Part shown: positions 50,633 to 63,990 of the stretch, piece after piece
Layout: every line of letters starts with the position of its first letter
Position numbering within the stretch: position 1 is the stretch's first letter
Assembly (NCBI RefSeq): GCF_030144855.1
Contig: NC_082710.1
Coordinates: 183,706,001-183,770,000, forward strand
Direction: 5' to 3'
Source of the DNA: Hypanus sabinus
Lineage: Eukaryota
DNA length: 64,000 bases
Notes under the pieces: model-generated
Database searches by the model: none
What the model saw: only the letters and a program-made list of their open reading frames with translations
What the model was told of the DNA's origin: nothing
Position numbers and translations under genes: made by a program

Positions 50633-52099
50633 GTACTGACCCACTCCACACAGAAATGAGCTCTCTTTACTCCCTCCTGGCACTGTTTTCTGCAAACGAC
50701 AGAAGTGTTACACCTGCCTATTTAACTCGTCTCTCACCTGCATTCAGGGCCTCAAACAGTCCTTCCACGTGAGGGAACCCTACACCTGTGAGTGCGTCCG
50801 GGTGATCTACTGTGCCTGAACTCTCCGACATGTTGGTGAGACCTGACAAAGATTGTGGGGCCGCTTTGTCAAGCACCTTCGCTCCATTCCGATTTCCTTT
50901 TAGCCAATCATTTCATTTCCAATCCTCATTCCCATTCCAGCATGTCGGTTCCCGGCCTCTTCTTCTGGGGGCACTCTCAGGCTGGAGAAACCACGCCTCA
51001 TATCCACTGTGGGTGGACTTCAATCTGACGGAACAAACATCAACTTCTCCAACTGTTGGCAGTTTTTATCCCTTCCCCACTCTGTCCTCTCGTCTGCCTA
51101 TCACCTCCCCCTTTCTCCTGTGGACCATTTTCCTGCCTTATCAGATTCCCTTTTCTCCAGCCCTTTTCCATTTCACCTCCCAGCTTGTTATTTCACCCGC
51201 CTCCGCACCCACCCACTTTCTCCTAACACCTTCTCGCTTATCCTCCGTCCCCTCCCCTCACCTTCCTACTCCTCAACTGGCCCCCTTCCTTCCCAGTCCT
51301 GATGAAGAGTCTTAGTTGGAGACATCGACTGTTCACTCATTTCCATAGACGCTGCCTGACCTGGCGAGCTCCCCCGGCACTTTGTGTGTGCCGCTCTGCA
51401 TGTTCCGAAAGCTGGTTGTCCCTGTCAACCATGTCTTTAATTTAAGCTTTTCTTCCCACTGCTGCTGCCAGTAAGTTTTTATTGCACCTGTATTCACGTG
51501 TCTGTGGGCATCATGGCAGTGTAGCAGTTAACATAATTCAAAGTTCAAAGATTCAAATACATTTATTATCAACGTATGCATACAGAATACAACTCTGAGA
51601 TTCGTCCAGGAAACTAACACCATGGAACCCGTCTAAGAAAACATCAAACACTCAACATGCAACAACATCTGTGCAAGGTGAGCGAACAGCGCTTAAAATA
51701 TCAACGATCAAACCAGTAGTCCAGGAGTATTCCCTTCAGTCCAGTGAACCGTCACACCACGAGCCCACTGCAGGCTGAACACAGAGCCATTCTTCACTGA
51801 CTATTTCACCCAGATCGAACCACTCGGAACTAGCAAAGAGTAACCAGAATCCATGAAACATGAACCCCAAAGACCTCCAAATCGGGTGCAAAGCCTCACT
51901 GATCAATCCTTGTGACGTGGAACCCAAAACACCTGCACTTGCCTCCAGCGGCTAGTGAGTGAGAGAGGAAGATTACTCAGACAGAACTGAATACACACCC
52001 ATCCACACTCTCACCCCTCCTCCACTTCAATCGAGCTCAACGCCTCACTCAGAGAGAAGCAATGGAGTTGATTGTGGACTCATGCCCTCGACGCCTCGA

Positions 52100-53597
52100 T
52101 TGGAGTGAAGCAATGGAGTTGATCAGGGGCTCGTTACCTCGACACCTCGATCAGAGTGAAGGAATGGGGTTGATCAGGGGCTCACGCCCTCGACGCCTCG
52201 ATGAGAGTGAAGGAATGGGGTTGATCAGGGGCTCGTTCCCTCGACGCCTCGATCAGAGTGAAGGAATGGGGTTGATCAGGGGCTCGTTCCCTCGACGCCT
52301 CGATCAGAGAGAAGCAATGGAGTTGATCAGGGGCTCGTTCCCTCGACACCTCGATCGAAGTGAAGGAATGGAGTTGATCAGGGGCTCGTTCCCTCGACAC
52401 CTCGATCGGAGTGAAGCAATGGAGTCGATCAGGGGCTCGTTCCCTCGACACCTCGATCGGAGTGAAGCAATGGAGTTGATCAGGGGCTCGTTCGCTCGAC
52501 ACTTCGATCGGAGTGAAGGAATGGAGTTGGTCAGGGGCTCGTTCCCTCGACACCTCGATCGGAGTGAAGCAATGGAGTCGATCAGGGGCTCGTTCCCTCG
52601 ACGCCTCGATCGGAGGGAAGGAATGGAGTCGATCAGGGGCTCGTTCCCTCGACACCTCGATCGGAGGGAAGGAATGGAGTTGATCAGGGGCTCGTTCCCT
52701 CGACACCTCGATCGGAGTGAAGGAATGGAGTCGATCAGCGGCTCGTACCCTCGACACCTCGATCGGAGTGAAGGAATGGAGTCGATCAGCGGCTCGTTCC
52801 CTCGACACTTCGATCGGAGTGAAGGGATGGAGTCAATCAGGGGCTCGTTCCCTCGACACCTCGATCGGAGGGAATGAATGGAGTTGATCAGGGGCTTGTT
52901 CCCTCGACACCTCGATCGGAGTGAAGCAATGGAGTTGATCAGGGGCTCGTTCCCTCGACACCTCGATCGGAGTGAAGGAATGGAGTGGATCAGGGGCTCG
53001 TTCCCTCGACACCTCGATCGGAGTGGAGGAATGGAGTGGATCAGGGGCTCGTTCCCTCGACACCTCGATCAGAGTGAAGGAATGGAGTCGATCAGGGGCT
53101 CGTTCCCTCGACACCTCGATCGGAGTGAAGGAATGGAGTTGATCAGGGGCTCACGCCCTCGACACCTCGATCGGAGGGAAGGAATGGAGTTGATCAGGGG
53201 CTCGTTCCCTCGACTCCTCGATCGGAGTGAAGGAATGGAGTGGATCAGGGGCTCGTTCCCTCGACACCTCGATCGGAGGGAATGAATGGAGTTGATCAGG
53301 GGCTCGTTCCCTCGACACCTCGATCGGAGTGAAGGAATGGAGTTGATCAGGGGCTTGTTCCCTCTACACCTCGATCGGAGTGGAGGAATGGAGTCGATCA
53401 GCGGCTCGTTCCCTCGACACCTCGATCGGAGGGAATGAATGGAGTCGATCAGCGGCTCGTTCCCTCGACACCTCGATCGGAGGGAATGAATGGAGTCGAT
53501 CAGCGGCTCGTTCCCTCGACACCTCGATCGGAGGGAGTGAATGGAGTGGATCAGGGGCTCGTTCCCTCGACACCTCGATCGGAGGGAATGAATGGAG
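52100..53597. repeat. 51-bp minisatellite (ggagttgatcaggggctcgttccctcgacacctcgatcggagtgaaggaat), about 29 copies
   Basis: Tandem period of 51; 17-aa repeat in the ORF track; grades out of an interspersed repeat at 51540-52100. Confidence 0.93.
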
Positions 53598-53632
53598 TCA
53601 GTCATGTTTGCAAGCCGCACACCCTGCTCCAG

Positions 53633-53758
53633 ACGTCACTGAACTCCCTTGGAGACGACAAGGTGCCAGATCGCTCGGTTGGCCCAAAAGCACTCCATCA
53701 AAATGGAAATCACCGGCTCTTCGCAGCAGAATCACGTCTGAAACCAGCAGTTTTGTGA
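53633..53758 (+). CDS. Candidate exon 5 or terminal exon of the OLFML2-like gene (TSLNSLGDDKVPDRSVGPKALHQNGNHRLFAAESRLKPAVL*)
   Basis: Acceptor caccctgctccag|, phase 0, open for 41 codons to TGA, unique sequence between repeats; AATAAA at 53992-53997; no recognisable homology. Confidence 0.3.
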   Translation, partial: TSLNSLGDDKVPDRSVGPKALHQNGNHRLFAAESRLKPAVL

Positions 53759-54019
53759 AATGTCTGCAGGACCTGGTCACTGGCAACAGCTTGGCGAATG
53801 CAGAGTATTGCCACAGTTGTGGCCATCCTGTTACAGGAGGGATGTCAAAGCCTTGGAGGGGGTAGAGAAGCAGTTGACCAGACGTGCCTGGACTAGAGGG
53901 CACGTGCTAATACCAGAAGTTGGACAAACATGGAGTGGCAGAGATCTGATGGAGGTTTATAAGATTTGAGAGGCACAAATGCCCGTAGGAAAATAAATCT
54001 CAGGGTTGTATATGGTGAT

Positions 54020-56630
54020 CTATAAGACCATAAAACACAGGAGCAGAATTAGGCCATTTGGTCCATTAAGTCTGCTCTTCCATTCAATCATGGCTGATCC
54101 TTCTTTCTTTCTCCTCCTCAACCTCAATTCCCGGCCTTCTCCCCGTAACATTTGATGTCACGTCCAATCAAGAACCTATCAATCTCTGCCTTAAATACAC
54201 CCAACGACCTGGTCTCCACAGCTGCACGTGGCAACAAATTCACCACCCTTTGGCGAAAGAAATTTCTTCACATCTCACATTGAAAGGGCGCCCCTCTATC
54301 CTGAGGCTGTGCCCTCTTGTCCTAGACTCTCCCACCACAGGAAACATCCTTTCCACATCTACTCTGTCTTGCCCTTACAAAATTTGAAAGGTTTCAATGA
54401 GATTCCCCTCATCCTTCTAAATTCCAGTGAGTACAGACCCAGAGCCATCAAATATTCCTCATATGATAACCTTTTCATTCCTGGAATCATCCTTGTGAAC
54501 CTCCTCTGGACCCTCTCCAATGCCAGCACATCTTTTCTAAGATGAGGAATCCAAACTGTTCACAATACTTAAGGTGAGGCCTCACCAGTGCCTTATAAAG
54601 CCTCAGTATTTCATCCCAGCTCTTGTATTCTAGGCCTCTTGAAATGAATGGGAACATGCCATTTGCCTTCCTCACCATCAACTCAATCTGCAAGTTAACC
54701 TTTAGGGTGTTCTGAACAAGGATTCTCAAGTCCCTCTGCACCTCAGATATTTGGATTTTCTCCCTGTTTAGAAAATAGTCTGCTCATTTATTTCTACTAC
54801 CAAAGTGTATGACCACACATTTTCCAAAATTGTATTTCCTTTGCCACTTTCTTGCCCATTCTCCGAATCTGTCCAAGTCCTTCTGCATCCTACCTGTAGT
54901 CAACACCACCTGCCCCTCCACCAATCTTTGTATTACCTGAAAACTTAGCAACAAAACCATCTATTCCGTCATCTAAATCATTGATACACAGCATAAAAAG
55001 AAGTGGTCCCACCACCGACCCCTGTGGAACATTACTAGTCATTGGCAGCCAACCAGACAAGGATCCTTTTATTCCCACTTGCTGCCACCTACCAATCAGC
55101 CAATACTCTAACCATGTTAGTAACTTTCCTGTAATACCATGAGCTCTTAACTTGGTAAGTAGCCTCATATATGACACCTTGTCAAAGGCCCTCTGAAAGT
55201 CCAAATATACACCATCCACTGCATCCTCTTTATCTATCCTATTTGTAATCTCCTCAAAGAATTCTAACATGTTCATCAGGCAGGATCTTACCTTTAGGAA
55301 ACCCTGTTGACTTTGTCCTATCTTGTCCTGTGACACCAACTGCTCCATCACTTCATCCTTAACAATTGACTCCAACATCTTCCCAACCACTGAGGTCAGG
55401 CTAACTGGTCTATAATTTCCTTTCTGCTGCCTTCCTCCTTTCTTAAAGAGTGGAGTGACATTTGCAATTTTCCAATCCTCTGGCACCATGCCAAAGTCCA
55501 ATAATTTTTGAAAGATTATTGCTCATGCTGCCAGAATCTCTAGTACTGCCTCTTTCAGAACTCGAGGGTACAGTTCAACTGGTCCGGGTGACTAATATAC
55601 TTTTAGGTCTTTCAGCTTTTTGCGCACCTTTTCTCTTGTAATAGCAACTGCACCCACTTCTCTTCCCTCACACACAACATCAGGCATACTGCTGGTGTCT
55701 TCCACAGTGAAGGCTGATGCAAAATATTTAATTCATCTGCCATCTCCTTGTCCGTTATTATTTCTCCTGCCTTATTTTCTAATAGTCCTATATCCACTCA
55801 GCTCTCTTATTTTTTTACATACTTGAAAAAGCTTTTACTATCCACTTTGATATTGTTTGCTAGCTTGCTTCGTATTTCATCTTTTTCCATCCAGTGATTT
55901 TTTTAGTTGCTCTGTGTAAGTTTTTAAAAACTTCTCAATCCGCTACCATCCCACTAATGTTTGCTTTGTTGTGTGACCTTTCTTTTGCTTTTACAATGGC
56001 TTTGCCTTCCCTTGTCAGCCATGGTTGCACTATTTTACTATTTGAGTATTTCTTCACTTTTGGAATACTCATGTCCTGCACCTTTCTCATTTTTCCCAGA
56101 AGCGCACGCCATTGCTGCTCTACTGACATCCCTCCAGCAGCTCTTTCCAATTTACTTTGGCCAGCTCCTCTCTCAAACCACGGTAATTTTCTTACTCCAC
56201 TGAAATACTGCTACATCAGACTTTACTTTCTCCCTATCAAATTTCAAGTTGAACACAATCATATTCCTCAAGGTTCTTTTACCTTCAGCTTCCTAATTGC
56301 CTCCGGTTCATTACATAAAACCCAAATCAGTACAGCTGATCCCACAGCAGGCTGAACAACAAACTGCTCTAAGAAACCATCTTGTAGGCATTCAACAAAC
56401 CATATAACAATTACAGGCTATCTCGGCCCTTCTAGTCCGTGCCGAACGCTTCCTCTCACCTAGTCCCACCTACTGGCACTCAGCCCATAATCCTCCATTC
56501 CTTTCCTGGCCATATACCTATCCAATTTTTTTTTTAAATGATAATATCAAACTCACTCTCTTGAGATCCATTACCAACCTGATTTCCCAATCGACCTGCA
56601 TGTTAAAATCTCCCATGTCTTTCATAACAT
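54020..56630 (-). mobile_element. Degraded CR1 LINE (partial ORF2 to 3' UTR)
   Basis: KIANVTPLFKKG..GNYRPVSLTSVVGK..DFQRAFDKV..PQGSVVGPLLF (54890-55501). Confidence 0.9.
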
Positions 56631-56944
56631 TGCCCTTCTGACACGCCTTTTCTGTTGTAATCTATACGTACTTCGACAATAACTTTACTTTGAACTTTGA
56701 TAATAAATTTATTTTGAACTAAGTATCCTGAGGTGATATTAATCTCTCAGCTGGCACCTCTATGTTGCTCAGAATGCCAGGGGGAAGTCTGTCTGTGCCA
56801 GTTACCAGTCAGTGCCTGGACCTCGTAAAACCCTTTAATAGAGGGTCCTTCAGAATGTAGTGGATACGACCCAGTCCATCACAGGTGAAGTCCTCACCAT
56901 CACTGAGCACATCTCCGCAGTGTCCTATTGCAGGAAAGCAAGGG

Positions 56945-59900
56945 ACCCCCACCACCCAGGCCATGCTCTCGTCTCACTGCTGTCATCAGTCAGGAGGTAC
57001 AGGAGCCTAGGAGTCCCACCACCCAGGCCGTGCTCTCGTCTCACTGCAGTCATCAGTCAGGAGGTACAGGAGCCTAGGAGTCCCACCACCCAGGCCGTGC
57101 TCTCGTCTCACTGCTGTCATCAGGCAGGAGGTAGAGGAGCCTAGGAGTCCCACCACCCAGGCCGTGCTCTCGTCTCACTGCTGTCATCAGGCAGGAGGTA
57201 GAGGAGCCTAGGAGTCCCACCACCCAGGCCGTTCTCTCGCCTCACTGCTGTCATCAGTCAGGAGGTACAGGAGCCTAGGAGTCCCACCACCCAGGCCGTG
57301 CTCTCGTCTCACTGCTGTCATCAGTCAGGAGGTACAGGAGCCTAGGAGTCCCACCACCCAGGCCGTGCTCTCGTCTCACTGCTGTCACCTTCAGTCAGGA
57401 GGTACAGGAGCCTAGGAGTCCCACCACCCAGGCCGTGCTCTCGTCTCACTGCTGTCACCTTCAGTCAGGAGGTACAGGAGCCTAGGAGTCCCACCACCCA
57501 GGCCGTTCTCTCGTCTCACTGCTGTCATCAGTCAGGAGGTACAGGAGCCTAGGAGTCCCACCACCCAGGCCGTGCTCTTGTCTCACTGCTGTCACCTTCA
57601 GGCAGGAGGTACAGGAGCCTAGGAGTCCCACCACCCAGGCCTTGCTCTCGTCTCACTGCTGTCACCTTCAGTCAGGAGGTACAGGAGCCTAGGAGTCCCA
57701 CCACCCAGGCCTTGCTCTCGTCTCACTGCTGTCATCAGTCAGGAGGTACAGGAGCCTAGGAGTCCCACCACCCAGGTCATTCTCTCGTCTCATTGCTGTC
57801 ACCTTCAGTCAGGAGGTACAGGAGCCTCAGGAGTCCCACCACCCAGGCCGTTCTCTCGTCTCACTGCTGTCATCAGTCAGGAGGTACAGGAGTCTCAGGA
57901 GTCCCACCACCCAGGCCGTGCTCTCGTCTCACTGCTGTCATCAGTCAGGAGGTAGAGGAGCCTAGGAGTCCCACCACCCAGGCCGTGCTCTCGTCTCACT
58001 GCTGTCATCAGTCAGGAGGTACAGGAGCCTAGGAGTCCCACCACCCAGGCCGTGCTCTCGTCTCACTGCTGTCACCTTCAGTCAGGAGGTACAGGAGCCT
58101 AGGAGTCCCACCACCCAGGCCTTGCTCTCGTCTCACTGCTGTCATCAGTCAGGAGGTACAGGAGCCTAGGAGTCCCACCACCCAGGCCGTGCCCTCGTCT
58201 CACTGCTGTCATTAGTCAGGAGGTACAGGAGCCTCAGGAGTCCCACCACCCAGGCTGTGCTCTCGTCTCACTGCTGTCACCTTCAGGCAGGAGGTACAGG
58301 AGCCTAGGAGTCCAACCACCCAGGCCGTGCTCTCGTCTCACTGCTGTCATCAGTCAGGAGGTAGAGGAGCCTAGGAGTCCCACCACCCAGGCCGTGCTCT
58401 CGTCTCACTGCTGTCATCAGTCAGGAGGTAGAGGAGCCTAGGAGTCCCACCACCCAGGCCGTGCTCTCGTCTCACTGCTGTCATCAGTCAGGAGGTACAG
58501 GAGCCTAGGAGTTCCACCACCCAGGCCGTTCTCTCGTCTCACTGCTGTCAGCAGTCAGGAGGTACAGGAGCCTCAGGAGTCCCACCACCCAGGCCGTGCT
58601 CTCGTCTCACTGCTGTCACCTTCAGTCAGGAAGTACAGGAGCCTAGGAGTCCCACCACCCAGGCCGTTGTCTCGTCTCATTGCTGTCATCAGTCAGGAGG
58701 TACAGGAGCCTCGGAGTCCAACCACCCAGGCCGTGCTCTCGTCTCACTGCTGTCAGCAGTCAGGAGGTACAGGAGCCTAGGAGTCCCACAACCCAGGCCG
58801 TGCTCTCGTCTCACTGCTGTCATCAGGCAGGAGGTATAGGAGCCTAGGAGTCCAACCACCCAGGCCGTGCTCTCGTCTCACTGCTGTCATCAGTCAGGAG
58901 GTAGAGGAGCCTAGGAGTCCCACTACCCAGGCCGTGCTCTCGTCTCACTGCTGTCATCAGTCAGGAGGTAGAGGAGCCTAGGAGTCCCACCACCCAGGCC
59001 GTGCTCTCGTCTCACTGCTGTCATCAGTCAGGAGGTAGAGGAGCCTAGGAGTCCCACCACCCAGGCCGTGCTCTCGTCTCACTGCTGTCATCAGTCAGGA
59101 GGTACAGGAGCCTAGGAGTCCCACCACCCAGGCCGTGCTCTCGTCTCACTGCGGTCACCTTCAGGCAGGAGGTACAGGAGCCTAGGAGTCCCACCACCCA
59201 GGCCGTGCTCTCGTCTCACTGCTGTCATCAGTCAGGAGGTAGAGGAGGCTAGGAGTCCCACCACCCAGGCCGTGCTCTCGTCTCACTGCTGTCATCAGTC
59301 AGGAGGTAGAGGAGCCTAGGAGTCCCACCACCCAGGCCGTGCTCTCGTCTCACTGCTGTCACCTTCAGTCAGGAGGTACAGGAGCCTAGGAGTCCCACCA
59401 CCCAGGCTGTGCTCTCGTCTCACTGCTGTCACCTTCAGTCAGGAGGTACAGGAGCCTAGGAGTCCCACCACCCAGGCTGTGCTCTCGTCTCACTGCTGTC
59501 ATCTTCAGTCAGGAGGTACAGGAGCCTAGGAGTCCCACCACCCAGGCCGTTCTCTCTTTTCACTGCTGTCATCAGTCAGGAGGTACAGGAGCCTAGGAGT
59601 CCCACCACCCAGGCCGTGCTCTCGTCTCACTGCTGTCATCAGTCAGGAGGTACAGGAGCCTAGGAGTCCCACCACCCAGGCCATGCTCTCGTCTCACTGC
59701 TGTCATCAGTCAGGAGGTACAGGAGCCTAGGAGTCCCACCACCCAGGCCGTGCTCTCGTCTCACTGCTGTCATCAGTCAGGAGGTACAGGAGCCTAGGAG
59801 TCCCACCACCCAGGCCGTGCTCTCGTCTCACTGCTGTCATCAGTCAGGAGGTACAGGAGCCTCAGGAGTCCCACCACCCAGGCCGTTTTCTCGTCTCACT

Positions 59901-61370
59901 GCTGTCATCAGTCAGGAGGTACAGGAGCCTCAGGAGTCCTACCACCCAGGCCGTGCTCTCGTCTCACTGCTGTCACCTTCAGTCAGGAGGTACAGGAGCC
60001 TAGGAGTCCCACCACCCAGGCCGCTGTCTCGTCTCATTGCTGTCATCAGTCAGGAGGTACAGGAGCCTCGGAGTCCAACCACCCAGGCCGTGCTCTCGTC
60101 TCACTGCTGTCAGCAGTCAGGAGGTACAGGAGCCTCAGGAGTCCCACCACCCAGGCCGTGCTCTCGTCTCACTGCTGTCATCAGGCAGGAGGTACAGGAG
60201 CCTAGGAGTCCCACCACCCAGGCCGTGCTCTCGTCTCACTGCTGTCATCAGTCAGGAGGTACAGGAGCCTAGGAGTCCCACCACCCAGGCTGTGCTCTCG
60301 TCTCACTGCTGTCATCAGTCAGGAGGTAGAGGAGCCTAGGAGTCCCACCACCCAGGCCGTGCTCTCGTCTCACTGCTGTCATCAGTCAGGAGGTAGAGGA
60401 GCCTAGGAGTCCCACCACCCAGGCCGTGCTCTCGTCTCACTGCGGTCACCTTCAGGCAGGAGGTACAGGAGCCTAGGAGTCCCACCACCCAGGCCGTGCT
60501 CTCGTCTCACTGCGGTCACCTTCAGGCAGGAGGTACAGGAGCCTAGGAGTCCCACCACCCAGGCCGTGCTCTTTTCTCACTGCTGTCATCAGGCAGGAGG
60601 TAGAGGAGCCTAGGAGTCCCACCACCCAGGCCGTGCTCTCGTCTCACTGCTGTCATCAGTCAGGAGGTACAGGAGCCTAGGAGTCCCACCACCCAGGCCG
60701 TGCACTCGTCTCACTGCTGTCACCTTCAGTCAGGAGGTACAGGAGCCTAGGAGTCCCACCACCCAGGCCGTGCTGTCGTCTCACTGCAGTCATCAGTCAG
60801 GAGGTACAGGAGCCTAGGAGTCCCACCACCCAGGCCGTGCTCTCGTCTCACTGCTGTCATCAGTCAGGAGGTACAGGAGCCTAGGAGTCCCACCACCCAG
60901 GCCGTGCTCTCGTCTCACTGCTGTCATCAGGCAGGAGGTAGAGGAGCCTAGGAGTCCCACCACCCAGGCCGTGCTCTTGTCTCACTGCTGTCATCAGTCA
61001 GGAGGTACAGGAGCCTAGGAGTCCCACCACCCAGGCCGTGCTCTCGTCTCACTGCTGTCGTCAGTCAGGAGGTACAGGAGCCTAGGAGTCCCACCACCCA
61101 GGCCGTGCACTCGTCTCACTGCTGTCACCTTCAGTCAGGAGGTACAGGAGCCTAGGAGTCCCACCACCCAGGCCGTGCTCTCGTCTCACTGCTGTCATCA
61201 GTCAGGAGGTACAGGAGCCTAGGAGTCCCACCACCCAGGCCGTGCTCTCGTCTCACTGCTGTCATCAGTCAGGAGGTACAGGAGCCTAGGAGTCCCACCA
61301 CCCAGGCCGTGCTGTCGTCTCACTGCTGCCACCATCAGGCAGGAGGTACAGGTGCCTCAGGACTCACACC
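56945..61370 (+). repeat. 67/71-bp minisatellite derived from the Rex1/Babar LINE ORF end (DPHHPGHALVSLLSS.RRYRSL), about 65 copies, embedded in its parent element (56850-61690)
   Basis: Period of 67 (57001 to 57068) with a +4 variant (caccttcag); parent sequence continues on both sides. Confidence 0.93.
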
Positions 61371-62029
61371 ACCAGGTTCAGGAACAGTTATTACCCCCTC
61401 AATTATCAGGCTCTTAACTAGACGGGATAACTTCACTCATCTTCACTTGCCCCATCACTATAATGTTCCCACAACAGGGACTCTTCATCTTGTGTTCTTG
61501 ATATTTATTGTTTTTTTTCTCTTTTGTATTTACACAGTTTGTTGTCTTTTGCACAGTGGTTATTTGTCCATCTTGTTGGGTGAGACTTTCATCGTTTCTA
61601 TCGTGTTTCTTTGTATTACTGTGAATGCCTGCAAGAAAATGAATCTCAGGGTTGCGTGTGATGATGTGTGTGTAATTTGAACTTTGCTACTGGGAGAGGA
61701 CTACACCTCGAGGTGTTGTGTGTGACTGAACACTCGATTAATGGAAAGCTAAATAGTTCAGCAAATTCTCCACTGCTACCAACTTGTTTCCATAATTAAA
61801 GATTAGGAATTGGTTGGAATTTTCATTGGCCAATGATTGGCAGAGGGAAACTTCCAGCAGTTTTCAGATAGGAATAGATTAGTGACCAGTTCAGTTTGTT
61901 TTTTGTTTCACATTTGGAAATAAGTGCTGGCTTGAGACCGACACCATTGGCGTCTGAGCAATGAACTCGATGTAGGTAATCCAGCTCTGGGTTTGTCCTC
62001 AGGGTTTGCTCCTGAAGCCTTCCCCATGA

Positions 62030-62460
62030 GTGGGTGTAGCCGCAAAGCGGGGGGGCGGGGGGTGGTCGAGATCAGAGTTTTCCTTCTCCTAGTTGAGCTG
62101 CCAACCCCGGCTGACGAGCCCCGTCTGCCTGAAGTGGCTGGTTTCAAGGTGCCAATGTCTCACCATTGCCCCTTCTCCTGTCAGTGGCTGCAGTTCCACC
62201 ATCCTTAGGAGCTAAAGCACACATGAAGGCCAGGAGCTGAGTTAGGTTGTCAGAGGCTCTTCGAGATGCATTTCATTGGCAGCATTTAATAAGTAGTGGG
62301 AGCTTGTCTCCATTACCACCCACGGCTATCACGAGGAACTGTTTCAGTCGTTGCCATTCCTTTGGATTTATCAGCTGCGTGGAGAGGAGGAGCCTGCTGC
62401 AGGGGGGCAGCTTGCTTTCCGAATCAAACTGCCCCGGCTTGTGTATCAAAACTTAGATAG
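62030..62460. mobile_element. Unclassified interspersed repeat
   Basis: Resembles a batoid repeat recalled from memory; no coding support. Confidence 0.35.
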
Positions 62461-62474
62461 CTGGATCGACTCTG

Positions 62475-62832
62475 GCCAGAGGGCCCCAAGGCAGGACCCT
62501 GACCGAATGAGGGCCCCAAGGCAGGACCCTGACCGAATGAGGGCCCCAAGGCAGGACCCCCGACCGAATGAGGGCTTCAAGGCAGGACCCCGACCGAATG
62601 AGGGCTTCAAGGCAGGACCCCGATCGAAGGAGGGCTTCAAGGCAGGACCCCGATCGAAGGAGGGCCCCAAGGCAGGGCCCTGACCGAATGAGGGCCCCAA
62701 GGCAGGACCCTGACCGAATGAGGGCCCCAAGGCAGGACCCCCGACCGAATGAGGGCTTCAAGGCAGGACCCCGATCGAAGGAGGGCCCCAAGGCAGGACC
62801 CTGACCGAAGGAGGGGCCAAAAATAGGACCCT
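62475..62832. repeat. 30/31-bp minisatellite (gagggccccaaggcaggaccctgaccgaat), about 12 copies
   Basis: Tandem units with two alternating variants. Confidence 0.9.
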
Positions 62833-63379
62833 GATCGACAGAGGTCACAGCCCTGTTAACTTTGACAGTGGTGAGATTTATCATTTTGTCTGAGTGGCAT
62901 CAGATTCCAGTTCCTTATGGTTGTCATAGCCAGCAGGAGAGGGGCTAGGGCAAATTAACTCCCACTACCTATTAAATACTCCTGATGGGGGGGGGGTGTT
63001 TCAGAGAGTCTTCAGCACATTGGCACTGATCAACACAAAATCCTGCAGCCCATTTAGTTTAAGCTACCCCTTTGAAAGGGATCGCTATATAGTTTTCTCA
63101 GAAATGTGCATTATTTCTTCAACATTTTCATCCAAATTTCCGTAAATTCCAACCAGATTTTACTTGATTTCATTGTTGGAAGATGTGGGCCATTCACAGC
63201 CTTTACTTCCCCTCTGATTCAGAAGCAGAATCAGGTTTAATGTCACTGGCAAATGCCGCAAAATCTGTTGTTTTGCAGCAGCAGTACATTGCCACACATA
63301 ACAACGATAAATTACAGTAAAAAATACATGTATGAATTAAATAAGCAGGGCTGAAAGAGAGCGAAAGATACTGGGAAGT

Positions 63380-63990
63380 GTTCATGGGTTCACTGTCCAT
63401 TCAGAAATCCGATGGCAGAGCGGAAGAATCTGTTCCTGAAATGTTGATTGTGTTTTCAGGTTTCTGTATCTCCTCCCTGATGGTAGCAATGAGAAGAGGG
63501 CCCGTCCTGAATGCTGAGCATCCTTAATAATGGATGCTGCCTTTTTGAGGCATCACCTTCTGAAGACGTCCTGGGTGCTGGGGGTCTGGTGCCCATGACG
63601 GAGCTGGCTGAGTTGACCACTTCCTGCTGCGTTTTTCCCGATCCAGTGCAGTGCCCCACCCTCCCACCCTCGTGCCAGGCAGTTAGAACACTCTGAAGAA
63701 ACCTGCGACATTCTCTGGTGACAAACCAGGTCTCCTCAAACCCTTAATGAACTACAGCTGCTGTTGTGTCCTTCTGTGTAATTGCATCAACATGGTGGGA
63801 CCAGGATAGATCCTCAGAGACGTTGACAGTCAGGAACTTGAAACTGTTCACCCTTTCCTCTGCTGACCCCTCGATGAGGACTGGTGTGTGTTCCCTCGAC
63901 GTACCCTTCCTGAAGTCCACAATCAATCAATGAGGACTAGTATGTGTTCCCTCGACTTAACCTACAGTCAATTCCACAATCAGTTCCTTG
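63380..63990 (-). mobile_element. Rex1/Babar-type LINE fragment
   Basis: IVDFRKG..PVLIEGS..ERVNSFKFL.V. Confidence 0.7.

Noticed and set aside
52062-53620. Repeat ORFs (MELIRGSFPRHLDRSEG)n
   Set aside because: 51-bp minisatellite translation
56750-56825. Possible further OLFML2-like exon
   Set aside because: No frame resembles OLFML2 linker or OLF motifs; weak donor
19373-61370. CRISPR-like appearance of the regular arrays
   Set aside because: Units are contiguous with no unique spacers, the context is eukaryotic, and there are no cas genes
61993-62208. ORF with a hydrophobic stretch
   Set aside because: Lies within an interspersed repeat; not OLF-like
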